A stretch of DNA of 63,178 nucleotides, filler included, from Folioceros fuciformis (taxonomy: Eukaryota): assembly GCA_049999805.1 (NCBI GenBank). It is 4 parts of 4 records of this genome, joined end to end, with 100 filler letters (N's around TTAATTAATTAA, not from the genome) between each part and the next. Parts side by side here need not be neighbours in the genome. Positions count along the whole stretch, not along the records: positions 21,583 to 50,877 come from JBNGIO010005382.1; 3 more parts are not named here. One strand, written 5' to 3'. Within the stretch, counting starts at the first letter, position 1; each line of letters opens with the position of its first letter. The position numbers and the translations under genes are program-made. The notes beneath the pieces were generated by a model. It was not told the origin of the DNA. It made no database searches and was given only the letters and a program-made list of their open reading frames with translations. This document shows positions 25,748 through 36,542 of this stretch, piece after piece.

Positions 25748-26901
25748 TTATTCGTATCTCACAAGAAGACGGGATATGGACTGTTCCAGACGCGCTCGAT
25801 CCCTTGTAGGAAACTGCTCCACCCTACATCCATCCTGGAAGACACGGACTATCTAGCTCTAAGACTAAGATGAGTGAAATAGCTTGAGCACCGAGAGGAA
25901 ACTGCTTGTTGAACATCAGTAGACTTACCACGAAGAAAGAAAACATCGGCACGTGTCGGATTGAGTAGACTCTGGCCATATCCTGTTGGTCATGGGAGGC
26001 TTAGAGTTACTCCTTGAAGAAGCGAAGAAAATGACCTCTACAACAAGTGCAATGGCTCATGGGAAGACATAACATGGAAACTCGAGGCATACCGTCAAGT
26101 CGTCATATTCGTCTCTGACATTGTGCTTGACAAATAGGACCCCTCTTTCAGACTCGAAGTTACTTTCTTCATCACTGAACCCCTATATTGACATCAGATG
26201 ACACGCACGTAGCAAATAAGAACCCAAGCATGGACCATCTTCAGCTGCTGAGCCTGAGACGAGGTTCTATCGAGATAGGCTCACTCACCCTCTTGCACAT
26301 TTTCACAAATTGAGGAAGCAAATATTTACAGGCTCCACAGGATGAATTGTAGAAGTCAACCACTACCTACACAGGGTGCCTGCAGTAAGCTCTAAAACAA
26401 GACAAAGGTGTATACGAGCAGAACCAAACAGGGAACGAAGAGAAGAACAAACCAGGTCATTTGCAGCTTCTGCTTCCTTCAGAACCTGCTCAAATTCTGC
26501 GAAACTGAACACCTCCCGGACACAGTCCACGGGACAAGTCACCTCTGCTTCAGCCTGACGAGCTTCTTCCTCCTGAAAGAGTCTACAAACGCGAGTCGGC
26601 AACCAGCTCTCGAAGGATCCAGGTGCTACGCCACAAGCTCCAAACCAATATGTACATAAGAAAAAAAAAGCAAGCGAAGCTCCACCTGCTGCCGCCTCCA
26701 GGATTGATCAAGATGGTGCCTTCGATCAATACGTATGCCTGCACCAGGACGCATTCGCTCCTTCACACGACTAACCTTGGATTTCTTAGGGCTCCAGATC
26801 ACTGAGCCCGATCTCCACAACCACGGTTTGCCACGAGGAATATCACAAGCAACCGAGCCGGCACTACCCGGCACTAGTGCTGAGAAAGTTGCAGAGCTCA
26901 T
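25748..26901 (-). CDS. TRXL4: Chloroplast thioredoxin-like 4 (atypical CGAC active site), multi-exon
   Basis: Transit-peptide-like N-terminus; EVTCPVDCVRE; VVVDFYNSSCGACKY; VLFVKHNVRDEYD; last exons DMARVYSIRHVPMFSFFV|DGCRVEQFPTRDRARLEQSISRLLVRYE*; stop at 25750-25748. Confidence 0.85.
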
Positions 26902-27064
26902 CTGGCAAGGCCCAGCATATGCAAGCAGGCTCAGGTCGATCCTCAGCTTCCAATTCAGACAGCAATTCCCTTCGTAGCTTCTTGCAAGAAGGTGTTTACA
27001 CCAGAGCGACGAGACGTCGGCCTACGCTTCGTTCCTAAGCGTTTCCATCGTGATTCACCTAGAG

Positions 27065-27101
<37 letters not shown>
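27065..27101. repeat. A37 homopolymer in the divergent TRXL4/CSD intergenic region
   Basis: Read directly. Confidence 0.9.
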
Positions 27102-27105
<4 letters not shown>

Positions 27106-27297
27106 AAAAGCCCTCTGCAGCAGCCGGGGAAGGTTCCTCGTCACACGAAACAAACTATGGTTAAGCATCAGTTCAGGCTTCAGCTGGGGAAAGTCTGGAA
27201 TCTTCTGTTCATTGAAATTCGTTCGCATTGGGTCGTCACTTCCACGGCTTGCGTTTGTGTTGCATCGCGGGACCCTCTCCGGTAGCGGCAGTGGAAG

Positions 27298-28417
27298 ATG
27301 GCTCCCCTCAAAGCAGTAGCCGTTCTTGTCGGCAGCGACATCACTCCGAACACTAAAGGAGTGGTGACCTTCACGGACGACGGTAGCGGTGCGTGCTTCA
27401 GATTTCCCGCTCCTCTGCAATGTGGCTATCTTCTTGCGCGCTGTGTGCTTCTGCACTGCAGTAGCTCAGCTTGGTGGTTTCAGTTATATCTGGATTGCCC
27501 AGCTCTCCTAACCACTCCCTGTGCAATTGTGTGAGAACAGGGAAGACTTTTGTGGATGCAAGAGTCGAGGGTCTGGAGCCGGGGCCACATGGTTTCCATG
27601 TGCACGCTCTAGGCGACACAACGAACGGGTGCTTGTCTACTGGTAAGATTAGAGGCTCCGTCTTCCGTTTTGGGCAGGGGTTTCAGGCTTTCTCCCGGTT
27701 CTGATGGAGTTGAGGATGGCCTAATGCCTCTAACGTCAGTCACGATATCGATTTGCAGGGGCACATTTCAATCCCGAAGGCAAGGAGCATGGTGCTCCTG
27801 AAGATGCCGTCCGCCACGCTGGAGATCTTGGCAACATTGAAGTTGGACCAGATGGTAATTGTCTCGATCACTTGATTCTGCAGTGTCGCACCACTTGCCG
27901 GTTGGCTCTTAGTCGAGGACACTGGTGTCCTAAGCGTTACCTGTCATCGTGATTTTTCAGGTGTCGGCGTCCTTAAGCTTCACGACACTCAGGTTCACTG
28001 TTTGCTCCATGTGTTTTGTTTTTTCCCGTTTTCTCTAAATCCTTGCACTCCGGGTGCGCTTGTGTGGGAGCTGACATATTCGTCTGTAGATTCCTCTTTC
28101 TGGTCCCAACTCTATTATCGGCCGTGCTGTGGTTGTTCATGCTGACCGTGACGATCTTGGAAAAGGTGTCTTAAATGTTATTAGCTTCTGCAGAGTTCTT
28201 TGTTGAAAACTTCAGCGATGCGTCCCATCTGATCGTCTACTTCCATGCGTGTATGTAGGTGGTCATGAGCTGAGCAAGCAGACAGGAAATGCTGGAGGAA
28301 GAATTGCCTGCGGTAATAAACGTTGGCTGTAGAAGTGTTCGGGATGCGTGGGTTGTCTGACCACGATTTGGTGGCGTGGGTTCTGCAGGTGTTATCGGCT
28401 TCCAGGCAGCCTCTTGA
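27298..28417 (+). CDS. CSD: Cu/Zn superoxide dismutase without transit peptide, multi-exon
   Basis: [102 protein letters not shown]. Confidence 0.95.
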
Positions 28418-28897
28418 AGCGCAGTTAGAGCCAGGAATGAGGCAATGCGATGTAGCTTCAGTTTCGTAATCAATGTATGTTGAGTCTTCAAGCTAGTCCA
28501 CCGTCCCTTCGCAGCGCCAACCCCGCGGTGTAGTCCTGTGCAGGACAGCTGCGTTTGGACTGAAACTCTCTCCCTAGTCTTCGACCTTCATCCAGTGTGC
28601 TTTCCAGTATCGTGCAACGAGGGGTACGATTCAGGAACCAGCCATTTGGTGGTTCTTCCATGGGATATCATTCTGCAACAATACTATTCTACAGACAGTT
28701 TTTGCTTTCCGCTCGAAAAATCATTGCATCCGTCACGGCCAACGTTCTAGTTGTGCACAAGTCCAAAACATGTCAGCATCCATCCTACCTAATACTCTGC
28801 TCAAACAGCTCATATCGCGAGCACGTCCCTCATGAGGGAAGGTGCCCAGTATGTTTCAGAACCTACTCGCCGAAGCGGTCAAAATTGAGAACGCAAG

Positions 28898-31236
28898 TCA
28901 CTTGTCTCTAGTTTTATCACCCACCTTACCACGAGCCCTTCCTTTCTCCTTTTCTTTTTCTCGGTCCTTCTCACTTTCTTTCTCGTCTTCCTCGTCTCTA
29001 TCCTTGTTAGCTGACCCCATAAGCTCATCAACACAAAAACAATACAGCTCTTGGTGAAGCTGTTGCCATTGCTGACCATTGTTGAGAGCCCGCCGCAGTT
29101 CTGATCTCAATCGTTCCAACTCCATCTGCATGGCGGCGGTCGACCCTCGTTGCTGCGAACAACATGACATGAAGCAATGAGAGGAGCTCAGCAGAGTTCA
29201 CCAGGATCTTGAAGAAGGCCTGCACGTGAATGAAGGAAAAGACAGTTGTCTTACCTCCAGTTCCTTGATTTGGCGTTCCATGGCAGCCTGACTAAAGCAG
29301 AGTGCCTGATCCTCATCATCGTTGGCTGGCAGAACGACCAATGGGCCATCCCAGGGATTCTGATCTTGTGATGTTGTTTCTGGCACCGTGTACTTGGCAA
29401 GTTGCGCCACTGGGAGAATGGGTACTCTTCTGCGGCCTTGCTGCTCTGCTGTAGACCCGGCTTGCAATGTGGGAGGTCGAGGCAATACCAGTAGGCTGCT
29501 TATCGGGCCTGCAGTGGCAGCTAAAATCAGTGACACATGATGGACCCTGGAGCTACACGATGCATGCTGTTGCCACAGTGGTGTTCTCGTCATCAACAGG
29601 TGCAGCAATCACCCACAATGAAAGTACCTTACCTTTGCTGTGGGTGAAAGTCCGAACCACCTGGCGACTAACGGTATCCCATACGCGTGCAGTTCCATCT
29701 TCTGAACCAGATACTAGCGACACTCCATCCATGCTGAATGCCAGGGCAGTGACAGCTCGGCTATCATCACCTAATAGTACTTCAAGTGAGAAATTGGCCA
29801 TGTGGAAATCCAGCAGGGTCTTTCATATCTGTCAACAGCCGCATCATGAGGACAACCATCACCTGTGGCCAACAAGGGCAGCATCTGTTCCAAGGAGGCC
29901 ATCCCCGATGATGCCAGAAGTGGTGGGTACTCCAAAATTAAGAGCCGTGATGAATATCCTGCCATCTGTCCCACCAGCATACAAATCATACTCCCCAGTG
30001 TCCAAGGCCACAGCATTTAATGCTGTCGGAAATACAATGGATCGGAGTAGGGTTCCTAATGCAAGGCTCCATATCTGCACGAACGACATGTCGACTCCGT
30101 ATTACAGACTAGAGAACCGTAGGGCATAATCTAAACGCAAAATAGGAGAGAGCTAAAAGTTCACACCTTGCAAGTATGATCCAGCGAGCATGATACAACA
30201 ATGGCACTTGATGAGCCTGAGCCAGCCAAAAGTCCGGTCACTGGGAGAGTGTGATCTGACCACCCATACATTGCTGGCACTTGTGCTTCAACCATGTTTG
30301 TGTCTTCCATAGCATCTGCCACCCTGTAACACTGCAAACTTCAGCTACCTCAAAAGCTGCGGAAACAAATATTAGAGTAAGCCATCTCAAGTCCTGTTCC
30401 TAGAGAAAAAAATCGTTGACACATACTTTGCACAGAGGCTTGCAGACATCATGGAAGTACATGGAATACTAATAAAGCTGTGCTTTCCAGAGCTTGAGGT
30501 CACAAACACACGGCGCCACTGACGGACACACCCACCTGACCAGGTTCCACACGTTGACAAGCCCATCTTCAGCGCCAGAAATGAGCAGAGAATCGTCATC
30601 AGAGAAAACCAGACAGGTTACGGCTTTGTAGTGCCCTGGCCAAACTTTGACGAGCTTGCCAGTAGGTATCTGCACACAAGCCAGAACATATCACGTCACA
30701 CCCATCATTCCATTCTGTCTCCCCAACAAAATCGAGACCCAGATGTGGCATGGGCTGCGGAGTAGCAAAGTGATGTGTAGTGCTTCCCACCTCCCACAGG
30801 TAAATTCTTCCGGAGCTGCCACCACCAGCGAGATAGGTCCCGTCAATCGTAGAGGCGAGCGGTACGATGGGTTCAATCGGAAAGCTTTTCACCGCAACTT
30901 GATTCTGTGACAGCGTTGGGCATCCATCCGCTGCAACAGTCAATGGCCACACCACAACCCAGCACCCAATTTGCACCAGGCAAGTAACCGCCTTGCGCAG
31001 CAACGCAAACAAAAGCGGCGGCTCACCTTGTGCCAAGCCCAGAAGAAGATGGAGCCTCCGGAGGCGGGAGGCTTAGGCACCTGAGCGGCAGCTAGATAGT
31101 GATCCCCTATGCAGGTCAGAGCATTGCGGGGAGCCGCACAGGAGCGCAGATGCGTCAAGGGAGCTCCAGTTGCCAAATCCCAGCAGGTAACGCCCACGTC
31201 CACGGGTGAGCACACCACCAGGTAGCCAATGGCCAT
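28898..31236 (-). CDS. RID3: WD40 protein ROOT INITIATION DEFECTIVE 3 / WDR18 / IPI3 (pre-rRNA processing), multi-exon
   Basis: CWDLATGA; FFWAWHK; VKSFPIEPI.PL; GGGSSGRIYLWE; W.GHYKAVTCLVFSDDDSLLISGAEDG; WSDHTLPVT; SCSLDHTCK; SGSEDGTARVWD; C-terminal coiled coil. Confidence 0.9.
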
Positions 31237-32454
31237 GGCAACCGTGCCCACCCCACTGCCAGGAGTGTCGGAATTGTTGGTCTGGCAAATTCAGATCGGA
31301 AACTCCTTTAGCTAGTGCGTGCGCTATCATTGTACTCGAATCCGATCGTGTTGCCTGCGATGTATATGTGCCGTAGGCGTAGGGCATGGCCGCTGAGAGT
31401 GCCTCGACATTGGACCAAGTACCTGCCTGAACGGTTTGTTATTTTGGAATGCTGTGGCGGTCTCGCTTCCACATTCCGCTCGTTTGGCGGTGTGTAGGCG
31501 GGTCCTGCTCTTCTACGACATCGGCATCAACCCCTCGTATTTACTATATCATGCAGTTTGACGACAGCCTCCCAGGTAGCAAGCTCCGCACTGTGTTGGT
31601 GTCCCTGGCACTCAGGTCGGATTTCATTGTTCGGAGCAGGTGGCTTTGCTTGCTTGTTTGGTGATCCTGGAGAACTGGTCATCACTACAGTTTGGAGATA
31701 TGCAAGTGGTGCAGACCATGTCAGGTGCGAGAACAACCACAGCAAAGTATTCTTCATCTCGTTGTGATATGCAGAAAGGGCAGGATTGTGCGTACTTGGG
31801 TATTTGGTGGCAGGCAATATAGGTTGAAGACGTGGAACGCTGCATGGCAGGGCAGTTGTGGCCACGAAAGTGCCCGTAAGCATTTGGAGAAGAAACAGAG
31901 CATTTCTGTCTTATCTGTTGAGGGATGTTGTGTGTGATAAAGGGTTGCAATCGAATCCGAAGGATGGGATACCTCCACCAAGCAAATGGATGCAAAAGGG
32001 CAACCTAGTGGGATACAGAAAACCACACCCTACAGGATTTCACCTCAGCTCAAACTGAGTTATACATGCTGAGTTCCTGTTGGCTCAAATCGTTCGCTCC
32101 CTGATCACTCTTGAGCTGTGAGTGGAGGAATTTTTATTTGACGATCGCACAACTTGTCCGAGAGCAAGTTTACAGTACTGCACCACCATGGATACAGAGT
32201 TTGAAAGTTGGCTGTGAATACGCGGTTTTTCTTTGCGGAAATTTGTTGGCTAGTGTGTTCACTATCAACATGTCTGTTGCGCATGGCCACTGGAAGGGCC
32301 TCAAATTGGACTGCAAGTTCCTGTGTGCACTGTTTGTTCATTTTGGGTTGCACTGTTGCTTCCACGTGTTCTACTTGTAGGCGTCCTCGCTGAGTCCAAC
32401 GAACATCTCCATCAAGAACTGGCGTCTCATCCCTAGTGTGGTCCTGTAACATGA

Positions 32455-32668
32455 GGCCAGTGTGGCATGCTACACAAAAGGTCAGTGTGGCATGCTACAC
32501 AACAGGCCAGTGTGGCATGCTACACAACAGGNNNNNNNNNNGTGTGGCATGCTACACAACAGGCCAGTGTGGCATGCTACACAACAGGGCAGTGTGGCAT
32601 GCTACACAACAGGGCAGTGTGACATGCCACACAACTGGTCAGTGTTGCATGCTGCACAACAGGTCAGT
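32455..32668. repeat. 25-bp minisatellite with a near-palindromic core, interrupted by a 10-N gap
   Basis: Unit ggccagtgtggcatgctacacaaca, about 8 copies degenerating toward the 3' end. Confidence 0.92.
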
Positions 32669-33377
32669 GGGGTAACAAGCAGAACAGCGGATCTTCTATC
32701 TCGGCTGGTGGTACGGGGAGGAGAAGGTGGAATTCGGCTGACATCTTGAATCTGCCAATGGATCTTACCCAGACGTGTCTATCCCTAATCTGTGATCTAA
32801 ATTAAAATCGGCTTCCAAATTTAAAAATCAAAACAAACCAGCTTCCGACAATGATAGTGGACACATTCCTGTTAGGCCCACCGTCCTTGGTCTGAACCCG
32901 CAGGCAATACAGAAACAAGATCGATCTCCCACGGTGGCAGAAGATGAAAAGCGGTGGACAAAACTGGGTGTCTCAAAGACAGCGGTTTACACCTTTCCAG
33001 GTTGTACTTGGAGACACAGCAGAAGAGAAAGGTTTGCCATTTCTGTCATCCAGAATGTATGCCACAACCGTTAGGAACATCACATACACGCTTGGTGGAA
33101 AGAGTTCACCCCCATCTTCGAGATGAATCTCTAGCAACTCTGTTGAGATAACAATCTCGGTAGACAAGGCCAACTGCACAGCATTATCCAGGGATAACAC
33201 CGAAGAGCATAGCTTCCTTGTGGTGCTAGCAACCTTGCTGGCGTTCCAACACTTTACTAGATAGCACGACAACAATAAATATATCTCTTTCACGATTCCT
33301 CCACCTTATTCACTGGTATGCAGGTGTGCCTGTGGTGCCCAATCGGCAAACCCTGCAACCAGCTCAACCAGCATCGC

Positions 33378-34052
33378 TCAGACAGCCTGAGCGAATTTCC
33401 TGTTCAGATTGTTGGGAGCATTCGCAGGGACCTTCCCGGACAGAGCCTGCAATCCAGACCCACGAATACATGTAAGATAAGGGCAAGTCATTCCCAGGCA
33501 AGATAGAAAGTAAAGAAAATGCCCAGCAAGAACGGTGCTGGAGGTGGTGGACATGAAGGGTAAAGTTTGCAGCCATGGAAAACTCACCTGGTCCAGCCAT
33601 GATGCGAAGGAAGGCCCGAGTTCCTGAGCCCCTTCGGCAGCTTTGGTGCAGGTGGGGACGCCCTCAAAAAGGCTCAGGGACAGCTTCTTGGAGACGAAGC
33701 CGACGTCGAAGTAGATGAAGCCAGTGCCGGGCACGTCCACGCGGATGCCGGTAACGGAGAACCAGAAGATGGATTGCTTGGCTTTGATCCCGCTCAGATT
33801 CTTGATGGAACCGTAGGAAAGCGTGCCGGTGATCTGCTTCTCATAGTACACCTTGTCCTCGAATGTGCAGTAGGTCTCTCCCGTAAGCTCCACGGCGAAT
33901 TCGCCGTTGGCGGCTAGCTTGTAGCTGGTGACGGTGGGAGGCAGCAGGCCGCTGGGGAGGCCGTATTCGTGCAGCACGTCGAACACACTCGCGGAGGCGC
34001 AGGCCACAGCTGCAAGAAGCAGCAGTAGCGCGAGGAGCCCAGATTGTGCCAT
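33378..34052 (-). CDS. DUF538-family secreted protein; exons 34052-33588 and 33446-33378
   Basis: Signal peptide; VFDVL.EYGLPSGLLP..V.SY; G.F.V.L...YC.F..KVYY...ITG.LSYGSI.NLSGI; IYFDVG..SK.L....F...P.C. Confidence 0.9.
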   Translation of the reverse strand: MAQSGLLALLLLLAAVACASASVFDVLHEYGLPSGLLPPTVTSYKLAANGEFAVELTGETYCTFEDKVYYEKQITGTLSYGSIKNLSGIKAKQSIFWFSVTGIRVDVPGTGFIYFDVGFVSKKLSLSLFEGVPTCTKAAEGAQELGPSFASWLDQVSFPWLQTLPFMSTTSSTVLAGHFLYFLSCLGMTCPYLTCIRGSGLQALSGKVPANAPNNLNRKFAQAV

Positions 34053-34363
34053 ACCTGTTGTTGGAGAGTGCGGGAGGAGACGGGAGCAGGAGGAAGCGGG
34101 AACCTGAGGGAAGCAGGAAGGTTGCTGTGGCTGTGGCTGACGGTCAGGATGGCCGAGGCAGATGAAGGAGTTGGGGACGGACCATTTGATGTGCTTGCCA
34201 TATAGGTCACATCACACGACACATGTCGTCGCCCAGCGACGCATATGCGCTTCGCGCAAATCGCCTGCTTCCGTATCCGCATCTAGTCAAGCCATCACCT
34301 GTGGTAGCATCAGGAGCATGGCATGTCGTGTTGTAGCGCTGTGAGTCGTCTCGTCGCGCTACG

Positions 34364-35190
34364 ATGGCGCTTGCTTCTGCTACTACATACGGATGCTTCA
34401 CCCGCGATTTGTCTCAGCTGGGGCTGCACAGAAAGGGCCCGCTCCCGGCCTCCTCCCGCTGCCTCGCCGGGACCGCTGCCAGGGGCTGGCGTTGTCATTC
34501 CGATTCCTTGCTGCCAGCAACCCTGGTTACGCGCGTCTCCCGCTCTTCAAGCATGCGGGCATCCAGGCTGGGGAATTCAGCCTACAGCAGTGACGAGTTT
34601 GGAGTTCAGGTTGGTGCACACCCCTTCCCTGCCAGGCATTTTTTCCAGTTCCCCTCAATCCGATGCAGGGAATCATCCTGCAGCAAACCTGGATGGCATC
34701 AATTCCCGCGGTTTGCATTCCCTTGCCCTTGTGACGTAACCCTAAAGCATCAGGAAATGGAGTGGCTGAGGGAGCAGCTGACAACAGAGCTTGTAGAGGG
34801 AGGCCTAGACAGCGAAGAGAGCTCCAAGATCGGAGCAGCCTGTGCCGAGGTGAGATGTTGCTTACTCTCACGCCATCATGGAGGACCTGAGGCACATGGG
34901 AAGTGAATGAGAGGATGTAACAAGTTTCGTGGTGTGGTTTGCAGGCGTGTGGAGCATTCTTTGCATCCGGGTTTGGCCCGTTCGATCCTATGGTTATCAT
35001 GGACGCGATGGAAGAGGAGGTGGAAAGGAGAAGTTTGCGAGGAGACTTCCTACCTTTCGAGATAGCTCGCAAGGCTCTGCAAGTTCTGCAAAGACGATGG
35101 GATGGACCCAGGCGGCCAGCACTGCTCAGGGAAGCGAGAGAAAACATGCTTGATGTGGTGAACTTTGATAAGTTTCCCAAACACTCTTAA
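34364..35190 (+). CDS. Unknown ~195-aa protein with plastid transit-peptide-like N-terminus; exons 34364-34609, 34754-34849, 34945-35190
   Basis: Three exons join in phase 0 through GT-AG introns into one ORF. The N-terminus is S/R/A-rich and is followed by an acidic helical domain (EMEWLREQLTTEL...FEIARKALQVLQRRW). Confidence 0.7.
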
Positions 35191-35311
35191 TTGCTCAGCA
35201 ACAAAGGAGGAGGAGGTTCGGAATTTCTCAGTCTCTCCACGACTTGTAGGTACCATGTAACAAGGGAAGCTGCTTCAACAAAGCCATATATGACTATGCA
35301 CATGCTGAGTC

Positions 35312-36137
35312 CTACACTGTACACTTTCCTTCACAGGCAGAGGCGGAATCCGAAGCTGTCTTTCCCGGGGCCTGGCACCCGTATTTGACGAAGGAGTCGG
35401 GTAGGGTGACCCACACCTCGTTCACTCTCCCAGTAATGGTGAAGGGCCCGTTGTACTGGGCGATGGCGTAGGAGTCCCGGCCAGGCACATGGTCACCTAC
35501 AGTGGCGTTCGCCCAGGGGCTCCTCCCCAGGCTGGCAGCCAGGGAGGCTGCCTCCTTCGCGACGTTGTTGTCCTTGGCGAAGCCAGAGAAGGTGCGGGTG
35601 GCGATGCACACTTCATCCCAGCGCTCGAACTCCACATCCACCTCAGGAATTGGTGTGGGCGGGACATCCTGGAAGGCCGTGGGCAGGTAGAGCCGGACGA
35701 TGTAGGCAGCGGAGCTGAAGGGCCCGGCTGTGGGGTTCAGTCCTGTCAGCGCCGGTGTCGTCATGGGGATGTGCGACCAATTCAAGTTAGCTCCTTCTAT
35801 GTACTGGAACAACCTGGCCACAACCACAGCACGGCAAGTCACCCACGGGTTCAAGGCCAGGAAGAAGACGAAGCAGAAGAAGGCGATCGCAGGGGAAGAG
35901 GTCTCACCTGTGGAACCCCTTGACCGTGGCAACAAGGAAGGAGGCATCGGTGACCGCCGCACAGGCCCACACACTGCGTCTGTAGAGCCGGATCTGGAAG
36001 TCGGACTCCGTGTGCACCACGGTATACTGGGGAGTCTCAGTCTCGGAGCTGCGGGCTGGGTGCGCATCGTGGAGCCCTCCTCCTGCCAAGGCGGCCCCCG
36101 CCAGGATGAAGAAGCTCAGGTAGGTCGCCAAATGCAT
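35312..36137 (-). CDS. SOUL/heme-binding protein with signal peptide, two exons
   Basis: ETPQYTVVHTESDFQIRLY; AT.KGFHR|LFQYIEGANLN.S.IPMTTP; FSGFAKD.NV; YAIAQYN.PF...GRVNEVW. Confidence 0.9.
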
Positions 36138-36542
36138 TGTAGCGCAAGCTCACTTCAGTCCCTGGGAATTGGCTCTTTTCTCTCTTCCGCGCCAGGATTT
36201 GCATTTCGGCCTCCACGGTATCGGATATACATGTATGTACAGCAAGTTGTTACGGCTGTCCGCCTCTGCCGCAACTCGAAGACCATACGTCCAGACAACA
36301 GCAACGGAATTCCTTCCCACATTAACGAATAACCGAAGCCCTTTCGTCTCACCTTTCCATACATCCTTACTACAACCAAGCGACACGGTTCCGTTACTGT
36401 ACAAACTTCCGTTTCTGTACACAACAGTGACTGAAACATGCAAAGTAGGAATGCAAATTTATGCTCCTCCTTGACCGGGCTATATTGGCGAGTATTTTGG
36501 TTGCACGTGTTGGGAGTTGGGCCAGACGCCGCCTTGGGCCTT

